58,313 bases of DNA, taken from NCBI GenBank assembly GCA_041484845.1, contig JBGPIK010000002.1, positions 1-58,313 on the forward strand. Direction: 5' to 3'. Both the position numbers and the translations under genes were made by a program. The notes under the pieces are model-generated. The model saw nothing but the letters and a program-made list of their open reading frames with translations, made no database searches and had not been told where the DNA came from. This document shows, in pieces, positions 26,897-34,037 of this stretch (the stretch's first letter is position 1; each line of letters starts with the position of its first letter). The DNA is from Candidatus Binatia bacterium (lineage in GTDB: Bacteria; Desulfobacterota; Binatia; UBA9968).

Positions 26897-27529
26897 ATGA
26901 AAACTATCAGCGAGTCCGTGATTAAAAGTAATACCGGCAAGACATTCGTGGTCAAGAAGGGGCAAGTCATCAGCGTTATCGGCCAATCGACGGCCGACTA
27001 CGTCGTCTTTAACTTGCGCAACGTCAAAGAGCGCTTTGATCAGGCGCGCACCAAGGTCGACCAAGGTAAAATCTATGTGACCACCGGAGATCTCCTGATC
27101 TCGAAATTCAACAATGTCATGATGACCATTGTGAAGGACACGTACAAGGGAACCCACGATCTCGAAAAAGGGATGTGCAGTACCTCCTTCTACAAGAAAT
27201 GGGGCGACCGGATCTTCGAAATCTACGGCGGCGTGTGGAAACAGTTGGGCCGAAAAAGAGGCGCCGCGCCCAAGCATGGCTGTTGGGAAAACCTAGCCAA
27301 AGCGTTGAAACCGCATGGCGTTCCCAAGGAGGACATTCCCAGTCCGCTCAACGTCTTTCAAACTATGGTGATCAATGCCGAAACCGGCAGCATGCGCTAT
27401 GCTATGGTGCGGCCGGACCCCGGAAGTCAAATGGATTTACGCGCTGAAATGGACTGCTTGGTCGGGATCAGCGCTTGCCCGGAAGGCGGACGGGGAAGAG
27501 ATCTAGAGATCATTATATACAAGAACTGA
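26897..27529 (+). CDS. DUF1989-family protein (urea-carboxylase-associated family)
   Basis: I trimmed the start to ATG 26897 (SD GGGAGG). MKTISESVIKSNTGKTFVVKKGQVISVIG...THDLEKGMCS...HGCWENL...LNVFQTMVI...MDCLVGISACPEG fits DUF1989. Confidence 0.7.
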   Translation: MKTISESVIKSNTGKTFVVKKGQVISVIGQSTADYVVFNLRNVKERFDQARTKVDQGKIYVTTGDLLISKFNNVMMTIVKDTYKGTHDLEKGMCSTSFYKKWGDRIFEIYGGVWKQLGRKRGAAPKHGCWENLAKALKPHGVPKEDIPSPLNVFQTMVINAETGSMRYAMVRPDPGSQMDLRAEMDCLVGISACPEGGRGRDLEIIIYKN

Positions 27530-27563
27530 TTCTCGCCCGATTCGGTGCGATGGGAATTCATCG

Positions 27564-28571
27564 TCAGCGATACAGGCGGTCGATGTAGCCGCTACTCTCG
27601 AGTTCCTTGAGAAAACTGACGTCCGTAAAGTCACTGGGTTTTGCTTGGGCGGCTTTGGGGTTTTTGGATTTCAATTGATCGAGGAAGAGCTGGATGCCGG
27701 GCTCCGTCGGATAGGGCACCTTGCGCGTCAGTTTGAGCACGATCTCGTTGTAACTTTCCGCCAGGGCTTTCTCGTCCTTGATGTCGAGATATTTTTGCAG
27801 GATCTTTTGAGCGCCCCTGGGATTCGTCAGATTGTAATGCACCGCATCGATATAAGCCTGCATGAAACGGCGTATGGTGTCGGGTTTCTTTTTGATGTAT
27901 TCACGGGTGACGGCGACGCCGTTTTGCTGCCACTCGACATCGAGTTTGGTAAAATCAAGCAGTGCGCGGACGCCGAGTTCCTTTGCCTTGAGAGTCTCGG
28001 GCGGCTGCAGCAGAGTCGCCTGGATAATGTTGCTCTGCATGGCCGCCAGGCGGGCCGGGACGGACCCGATCGTGACATAACCGACATCATCGGCCTTGAG
28101 TCCGTATCGTTCAAAGACGGTTTGCGCCGCGGCGTTATCCGCGCTGCCGATGCGGCTGACGCCGAATTTTTTCCCCTTAAGATCTTCCACCCGGGTAATC
28201 TGATTGGTGACGAAAAGCACATAAGGGAAGCGATTGACGGAACCGGCGATCAGCACCGCGCCGGAGCCGGTGAGATTGCTGGTGATCACCGCAGACGCGC
28301 CGGTGTGGATGATGGGTGTCTCTCCCGCCAACATGGCGGTTACGGCCAGTGGCGCTCCGACCAGAAGCACCAGTTCGACATCGAGCCCATGCCTGGCGTA
28401 AAAACCCGCCTCCTTGGCCGTCCAGACATTCAGTTGCGTCGGGCTGACTACGGTATAAGCGACACGGAGCTTTTCCAATGGAGCTTGCGCCCGGACGAAG
28501 GAAGCCGTCAGAGCGAGTAACTGTACAGCGCAAAGGATAGAGATAGATATCCGATAAATACGGGTGGTCAT
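27564..28571 (-). CDS. Second NMT1/TauA-type substrate-binding protein
   Basis: 335 aa with a signal peptide (…LTASFVRAQAP) and the pattern LRVAYTVVSPTQLNVWTAKEAGFYARHGLDVELV...KGKKFGVSRIGS. Confidence 0.75.
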   Translation of the reverse strand: MTTRIYRISISILCAVQLLALTASFVRAQAPLEKLRVAYTVVSPTQLNVWTAKEAGFYARHGLDVELVLLVGAPLAVTAMLAGETPIIHTGASAVITSNLTGSGAVLIAGSVNRFPYVLFVTNQITRVEDLKGKKFGVSRIGSADNAAAQTVFERYGLKADDVGYVTIGSVPARLAAMQSNIIQATLLQPPETLKAKELGVRALLDFTKLDVEWQQNGVAVTREYIKKKPDTIRRFMQAYIDAVHYNLTNPRGAQKILQKYLDIKDEKALAESYNEIVLKLTRKVPYPTEPGIQLFLDQLKSKNPKAAQAKPSDFTDVSFLKELESSGYIDRLYR

Positions 28572-28627
28572 CTTCTTCCTCCCAACGTGAGTTTGCCCAA
28601 TCGGTTAAAGTTGCATCTCGGCCGCCG

Positions 28628-30064
28628 CTATGCTTTGCCGGTGAGAATCTTATCGTCTTTCGCCGGATCATAGGAGCGCGTATCGCGTGCCAGATCCACT
28701 TTATTCAAAACCTCGACCGGCGCTCGCGCTTCTTTGGGAAAGTCATAGGGCGGCAGCGGCTTGGTGGCGTCGAATATTAGTTTGGTTTCCATCGGTCCTT
28801 TTTCCATCCGGTTATAACCGTAGGCGGTGGGATTTAAGTGCGAACCGATGATGTTCGGAATTATGACCATGTCCCGATCCGCCTGAAAGCGCATGGCCAG
28901 CGCCCACAGCACCTGAGTCTCGTTGAATACATCGACGTCATCATCGACGACGATCGCAAGCTTGATGTTGGGGTCGGTTACAATGGCGGCGAGAGCGGCC
29001 TGTTTAGGTTCACCCTCGGCGCGCTTCTTGACGGAAATGTAGCAATGAGAGCGGCCGGCGCCGGAGAGCGGCAAATTGACCGCCGTCGTGCTGGGTACGG
29101 CTTCCTGAATGCGGCGCAGCAGACTGCCCAGACGCGGAGCGGCACCAATAACGTTGTGTTCAAAATGGGCGCTGTGAATGCACTGGTAAATGGGGTTTTT
29201 GCGCATGGTGATCGCCGTTACCTCGATGTAAGGCTGCTCGCCCTCTTTATAGTAGTAGTGCGGCCATTCACCAAAAGGACCTTCGTAGTGCCGCTTTTTC
29301 GGCGGGACGATGCCTTCAATGACGATTTCACAGCGGGCCGGAACCATGAGATTGACGGTCTCCGCCTTCACTACTTCCAAAGGTTCGCCCAAAAAAGCGC
29401 CGGCCACTTCCAGTTCCTGGCCAATGCCGGCCTGTTTACTGACTGCGGCCAAGTTCAATGCCGGGTGATGCCCTATCGCGAGTGCGACTTCCATCGGCTC
29501 ATTGTGATCTTCATATTCGGCGCGTACATAATTGCCGTGATTGGCGGGGTTGATCATGAGCCCCAATTGTCTTTTGCCCTGTTTCTGATGACGGTAAATT
29601 CCGACATTGACTGCTTTCGTCCCGCGCTCCTTGCAAATCAGCGCAGCGGCATTGATATAGGCGCCGGCGTCGCCTTCGTTGAGGGTCAAGACCGGCAGCA
29701 AATCGAGGTCGACATCATCGCCTTTGAAGATCACCTCTTTGACCGGAGCGTCTTTTGCGGCGATCTCCTTGACCGGGATCGGTTGATGCTCTCGATGCGC
29801 CAGATCTTTCACCATTTGAGGCACCGTCGGTGAGCCCAATGATAAGGCAAGCCGCTCATAGGTCGCACCCAGATTGATAATTAGCGGGAATTTCGAACCT
29901 TTGATGTTTTTGAAGAAGACCAACGGAAATTTGTTTTCCCTTTCGAATTTCTCGACAATCGCACTGGCTTCATAACGCGGATCGACTTCACGATCCACAA
30001 TGACGACATCCTTGGGCCGCTTTTCCAAAAGTTCATCCATATAACTGCGCAAATCCTTAGGCAT
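28628..30064 (-). CDS. UbiD-family (prFMN-dependent) decarboxylase/carboxylase, paralogue 1
   Basis: I trimmed the start to ATG 30064 (SD GGAGGT). NVGIYRHQ, GQELEVAGAF, EIVIEG and EGPFGEWPHYY match the UbiD core motifs. Confidence 0.85.
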   Translation of the reverse strand: MPKDLRSYMDELLEKRPKDVVIVDREVDPRYEASAIVEKFERENKFPLVFFKNIKGSKFPLIINLGATYERLALSLGSPTVPQMVKDLAHREHQPIPVKEIAAKDAPVKEVIFKGDDVDLDLLPVLTLNEGDAGAYINAAALICKERGTKAVNVGIYRHQKQGKRQLGLMINPANHGNYVRAEYEDHNEPMEVALAIGHHPALNLAAVSKQAGIGQELEVAGAFLGEPLEVVKAETVNLMVPARCEIVIEGIVPPKKRHYEGPFGEWPHYYYKEGEQPYIEVTAITMRKNPIYQCIHSAHFEHNVIGAAPRLGSLLRRIQEAVPSTTAVNLPLSGAGRSHCYISVKKRAEGEPKQAALAAIVTDPNIKLAIVVDDDVDVFNETQVLWALAMRFQADRDMVIIPNIIGSHLNPTAYGYNRMEKGPMETKLIFDATKPLPPYDFPKEARAPVEVLNKVDLARDTRSYDPAKDDKILTGKA

Positions 30065-30135
30065 GTTATTACCTCCGTCAAATTCTTCGAAGTTAGACGC
30101 GGCGAGCAGACACCTGCTATATCCTGCAATCGACT

Positions 30136-30168
30136 GCACCTGTCAAGGATTGTTTACTTGACAGGTGC
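30136..30168. promoter_or_regulatory. Perfect 12-bp inverted repeat (candidate operator) with a TTGACA box facing each way
   Basis: GCACCTGTCAAG (30136-30147) and CTTGACAGGTGC (30157-30168) are separated by 9 nt. The repeat lies in the 138-nt gap between the divergent UbiD (minus) and LLM-UbiD-XDH (plus) gene sets. Each arm reads TTGACA in the direction of the gene it faces. Confidence 0.45.
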
Positions 30169-30202
30169 CCGGCGTTCCCCTAACACTAAACGCCGTAGAC
30201 AG

Positions 30203-31189
30203 ATGATGCGTAAGTTGCCTATTCAATTGGGCGTGAGTCTGCCGAATCGCGGCGTGCTCTTCGGCTTGACGGATATCGATACGATTCTCGACGCCGCCGT
30301 TCTCGCGGAGAGCTCCGGGATTTTCGAGTCGGTCTGGTTCGGCGACAGCCTGATTCACAAGCCGCGCCTCGATTCCATCGTGATGCTTAGCGCCGCCGCA
30401 ACGCGCACGCGCAAGGTTCGGCTGGGCGTGATCTGCATGGCCAGCTTTCCTGTGCGCCATCCGGTGCTGCTCGCGATTCAGTGGGCAAGTTTGGATCAAC
30501 TCTCGAAAGGGCGGACACTATTGGGCGTTTGCATCGGCGGCGGGCACGAAGGCGAAATGCGCGCCTTCGGCGTGCAAAAAAACGAGCGCGTCGGACGACT
30601 GACCGAGGGCATCAAGCTCCTGCGCGAAATCTGGGACGAAGAGGAACTCCATCACCAAGGCAAGTTCTACAAACTTGAAGGCTACCGCATCGTTCCCAAG
30701 CCAATACAAAAGCCGTGTCCCATTTGGATCGCAGTCAGCCCTGACCGTCGCGTGGTCGGGGACGAGGGCGTAGCGCGCGCGATGAAACGGGTGGCGACGC
30801 TCGGCGACGGCTACATCAGCATGGCCGTGACAGCGGAGGAACTGGCATTGCGTCTGAATCTGATTGAAAAATATGCCAACGAAGCGGAGCGCAACCTCGA
30901 GCATTTTGAAGTGGCTATTCATGGCATGGTGAACATTAACGATAGTAAGCAAAGCGCCTACGAGGAATCTAAATACTATTTTAACAACTACTATGCTCCC
31001 GGTTATCCCACGGAAGAATTGGTTAAAATTTGGCTGGCCCATGGATCGCCAGACGAGTGCGCGCGCTTGATCCAGGAATGGATCGATATGGGTTTCACCA
31101 CGCCGGTATTGCGCTTCGCTGCGCGTGATCAGATCGGCCAAATCGAGCGCTTTATCAAAGATGTTTATCCTCTGCTGCGGTTGAATTGA
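30203..31189 (+). CDS. Luciferase-like (LLM class) flavin- or F420-dependent oxidoreductase
   Basis: I trimmed the start to ATG 30203 (MMRKLPIQLGVSLPN...). SVWFGDSL, the central GRTLLGVCIGG and the length (about 328 aa) fit the LLM family. The start assignment is uncertain because no clear SD is present. Confidence 0.75.
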   Translation: MMRKLPIQLGVSLPNRGVLFGLTDIDTILDAAVLAESSGIFESVWFGDSLIHKPRLDSIVMLSAAATRTRKVRLGVICMASFPVRHPVLLAIQWASLDQLSKGRTLLGVCIGGGHEGEMRAFGVQKNERVGRLTEGIKLLREIWDEEELHHQGKFYKLEGYRIVPKPIQKPCPIWIAVSPDRRVVGDEGVARAMKRVATLGDGYISMAVTAEELALRLNLIEKYANEAERNLEHFEVAIHGMVNINDSKQSAYEESKYYFNNYYAPGYPTEELVKIWLAHGSPDECARLIQEWIDMGFTTPVLRFAARDQIGQIERFIKDVYPLLRLN

Positions 31190-31262
31190 AAGTGGAATCG
31201 CTGGTACAAGATTCTATGCCATTGTCCTTTTTGGCGGCTTAAAGAAAGCGTAGGAACGATCC

Positions 31263-32609
31263 ATGTTCGAAGACTTGAGAGGTTTTCTCACGCACCTGGA
31301 AAGCCAAGGCCAACTTCTTCACGTCAAGGACGAAGTCGACGTCAAATATGAAATTGCCGCGGGTATGCGTAAGACTTCGGACATCGAAGGTCCGGCTCTT
31401 TTGTTTGAAAATATCAGGGGATATCGCGGCTGGCGTGTCTTGGGTGGGCTGTTCGCGACGCGCAAGCTAGTCGCTTTGGGTCTTGGTGTGCCGCAAGAGC
31501 AAATGCTCGAGCGCTACCTAACCCTGGAAGACCAGCGTATTGCGCCGGAGCCGGTCTCCTCCGGACCGGTAAAAGAAATCAAATGGACCGGCAGCCAAAT
31601 CGATTTAACCAAAATTCCGATCGTCACGCACGCGAGCAAAGATTGCGGGCCTTATGTTACCATCGGCGTGCAGATCGGCAAGGATCCCGACTCCGGAGTC
31701 CGTAATTTGTCGATTCACCGCATGCTGCTCTTGGGCAAGGACCGGCTGTCGCTCTGGGCGCCGGCTGACCATCATCTAGGTCGCATGATCCTCAAAGCCG
31801 AGGAAAAAGGCCGCGGCCTTGAAGTCGCTACGGCCGTGGGCGTCGATCCCGCCATCATCGTCGGCTCGCAAGCCAAGGTTCCTTATGGCATCGATGAATT
31901 CCACGTTGCCGGCGGTCTGCGCGGCGGGGCGGTGAAGCTGGTCAAATGTGAGACCATCGACGTCGAGGTTCCGGCGTTTGCTGAAGTCGTCATCGAAGGC
32001 GTGACAATCCCTGGCGAGCGTGTCGCCGATGGGCCGTACGGCGAGTACCCCGGCTGTTATAGCGAAGCGAAGCAGGCCCCGGTGCTGAAAGTAACCGCGA
32101 TCACCATGCGCCAAAACGCGATCTGGCAGACCGCCCTGACCGGCATGCCGGTGACGGAAAATCACACCTTAATCGAATATGGCAACGCCGCGTTGGTTTA
32201 CCGCGAAATCAAAAAGATTGTCCCCGAGGTTAAAGCCATTAATTTTACTCCGGGCGGCACGTTTCGCCATCATGTGGTGGTGTCGATCAAGAAGCGCGCT
32301 GAAAATGAAGGCCGCAATGTTATCCTGGCATTGCTTTCCCTGGGCATCGGTTTGAAGCAAGTGACTGTTGTCGATGACGATATTGATGCCTTTAATCCCA
32401 TGCAGGTGGACTGGGCGCTCGCTACGCGCATGCAGGCGGACAAAGACGTGATCATCATTCCGCGTATCGCTTGTTCAACGCTTGACCCCTCGGTGCCGGA
32501 ACCGCGCGTCACCGCCGGTTTGGGTATCGATGCCACGGCGCCGATGAAAGATCGCTGGCGTTTTGAAAAAGTGGAAATTCCCGGCGTGGACAAAGTGAAG
32601 TACATCTAA
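31263..32609 (+). CDS. UbiD-family decarboxylase/carboxylase, paralogue 2
   Basis: 448 aa with NLSIHRML, IDEFHVAGGL, EVVIEG and DGPYGEYPGCY. This is the same fold family as 28628-30064 but clearly divergent. Confidence 0.85.
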   Translation: MFEDLRGFLTHLESQGQLLHVKDEVDVKYEIAAGMRKTSDIEGPALLFENIRGYRGWRVLGGLFATRKLVALGLGVPQEQMLERYLTLEDQRIAPEPVSSGPVKEIKWTGSQIDLTKIPIVTHASKDCGPYVTIGVQIGKDPDSGVRNLSIHRMLLLGKDRLSLWAPADHHLGRMILKAEEKGRGLEVATAVGVDPAIIVGSQAKVPYGIDEFHVAGGLRGGAVKLVKCETIDVEVPAFAEVVIEGVTIPGERVADGPYGEYPGCYSEAKQAPVLKVTAITMRQNAIWQTALTGMPVTENHTLIEYGNAALVYREIKKIVPEVKAINFTPGGTFRHHVVVSIKKRAENEGRNVILALLSLGIGLKQVTVVDDDIDAFNPMQVDWALATRMQADKDVIIIPRIACSTLDPSVPEPRVTAGLGIDATAPMKDRWRFEKVEIPGVDKVKYI

Positions 32610-32622
32610 CGGTCATAGGCTG

Positions 32623-33498
32623 ATGAAGAACTTCGATTATCTTGAGCCAAAGAGTGTCACTGAAGCGTGTGCGCTTTTGCGACAGCACGGCGCAGAAGCC
32701 CGCATCTTTGCCGGCGGCGCGCAGTTAACGATCTTGATGAAGCAGGGCCTCTATCAGCCCAAGGCCCTCATCAATATTAAGAAGATTCCAGAATTGAGAG
32801 GAATAACATTCGACCCTACAGCCGGGCTGACCATCGGCGCGCTGGTGACGCATCGCGACCTTGAAACCTCTGCGCTCGTCAAAGACAAATTTCCCGTACT
32901 TTGCGAAGCCGAAAGGGAGGTTGCCAACATCCGTGTACGAAACGTCGGAACCATCGGTGGCAATCTGGCCTCAGGTGAGGCTTTGACGGACTTGTCGCAG
33001 ATTTTTATCGCGTTGGATGGCCAAGTGAAGATCGCCGGGCCGGGAGGAAGCCGCAATCTTCTCGTAGAGGAGCTTTTCGTCGACTTTTATCAAACCAGCC
33101 TTGCGGAAGATGAACTGCTGACGCATGTGTCGGTGCCGCCTCTCCCTCCTCGTTCCGGTATAGCGTACATTCGATTTTCCAGCAGCTCGACGGTCGATAA
33201 ACCGTCAGTTGGAGTTTGTGTCCGCGTCACTCTAGAGCAGGGCAACGAGAACGCTCGCAGCGTTCGCGTTGTGCTCGGCTGTGTCGGGCCGACCCCCGTT
33301 AGAGCGCGCAAAGCGGAAGCGCTGCTGGCCGAAAAGTCCATTGTGCCGGATCTCATTGAAGAGGTGGGTGCTTCAGCCGCTCGGGAATGCAATCCGAGCA
33401 GCGATTTACGGGGTTCGGAACACTATAAGCGGGCGATCGTGCGCACGCTGGTCAAACGGGCGCTGATCCAGGCTTGCGAACAGGCGCTGCGGAATTAG
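32623..33498 (+). CDS. Xanthine-dehydrogenase-family FAD-binding subunit (CoxM-like)
   Basis: 291 aa. FDYLEPKSVTEA...IFAGGAQL...NVGTIGGNLA is the PCMH-type FAD-binding pattern of molybdopterin dehydrogenase medium subunits. Confidence 0.85.
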   Translation: MKNFDYLEPKSVTEACALLRQHGAEARIFAGGAQLTILMKQGLYQPKALINIKKIPELRGITFDPTAGLTIGALVTHRDLETSALVKDKFPVLCEAEREVANIRVRNVGTIGGNLASGEALTDLSQIFIALDGQVKIAGPGGSRNLLVEELFVDFYQTSLAEDELLTHVSVPPLPPRSGIAYIRFSSSSTVDKPSVGVCVRVTLEQGNENARSVRVVLGCVGPTPVRARKAEALLAEKSIVPDLIEEVGASAARECNPSSDLRGSEHYKRAIVRTLVKRALIQACEQALRN

Positions 33499-33507
33499 GC
33501 TCTTTTC

Positions 33508-34023
33508 ATGAAGAAGACGATTTCTCTTACGGTTAATGGGATCGAGCGCAGCGTCGAAGTCGAGCCGCGTACGACGTTGCTCGATATGGTCCGCGAGCAG
33601 CTCGGCCTGACCGGCGCCAAGCTCGGCTGTGACATTCAAGTCTGTGGCGCGTGCACTTTATTGCTCAACGGTAAACCGGTGAGTGCTTGTTCTGTTTTAG
33701 CCATCGACGCGGACGGTTGCGAGGTTTTGACTATTGAAGGATTGAGCCGGAAGGATTCGCTGCATCCGCTTCAGGAAGCTTTCATGGAATTCGGCGCGCT
33801 GCAGTGCGGCTATTGTACCTCCGGCTTCATCCTCACCGCCAAAGCCTTGCTGGACGAATGCCCGCGGCCGTCTGAACAGCAAATTAAGGATTACCTGGCC
33901 GGGAATTTTTGCCGTTGCGGCTGTTATCAGGAAATCGTTCAGGCGGTGAAAAACGTCGCGAGCCTCTTTCCTCCCCCGCGTGCGGGGGAGGATGAAGGAG
34001 GGGGTAGCTCGCGCAAAGACTAG
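33508..34023 (+). CDS. [2Fe-2S]-binding small subunit (CoxS-like)
   Basis: 171 aa with both cluster motifs: CDIQVCGAC...C, and QCGYCTSG...CRCGCY. The last ~20 codons are encoded by a palindromic element (see 33970-33991). Confidence 0.9.
   Translation: MKKTISLTVNGIERSVEVEPRTTLLDMVREQLGLTGAKLGCDIQVCGACTLLLNGKPVSACSVLAIDADGCEVLTIEGLSRKDSLHPLQEAFMEFGALQCGYCTSGFILTAKALLDECPRPSEQQIKDYLAGNFCRCGCYQEIVQAVKNVASLFPPPRAGEDEGGGSSRKD
33970..33991. repeat. GC-rich palindromic element embedded in the 3' end of the CoxS-like ORF
   Basis: CCTCCCCCGC-GT-GCGGGGGAGG has perfect 10-nt arms. It encodes the non-conserved-looking tail ...FPPPRAGEDEGGG, about 45 nt before the large-subunit start. Confidence 0.6.
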
Positions 34024-34037
34024 GGCAGGATAATTCG

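Noticed and set aside
27645-28520. 291-aa plus-strand ORF
   Set aside because: It is fully antisense to the NMT1-type binding-protein gene (27564-28571), which has a signal peptide and family motifs. The product is Arg/Gly/Asp-rich with no recognisable motif, typical of shadow ORFs in GC-rich coding DNA.
28838-29833. 331-aa plus-strand ORF
   Set aside because: It is antisense to the UbiD-family gene, whose translation carries all the core UbiD motifs. The shadow ORF has no SD and no motifs.
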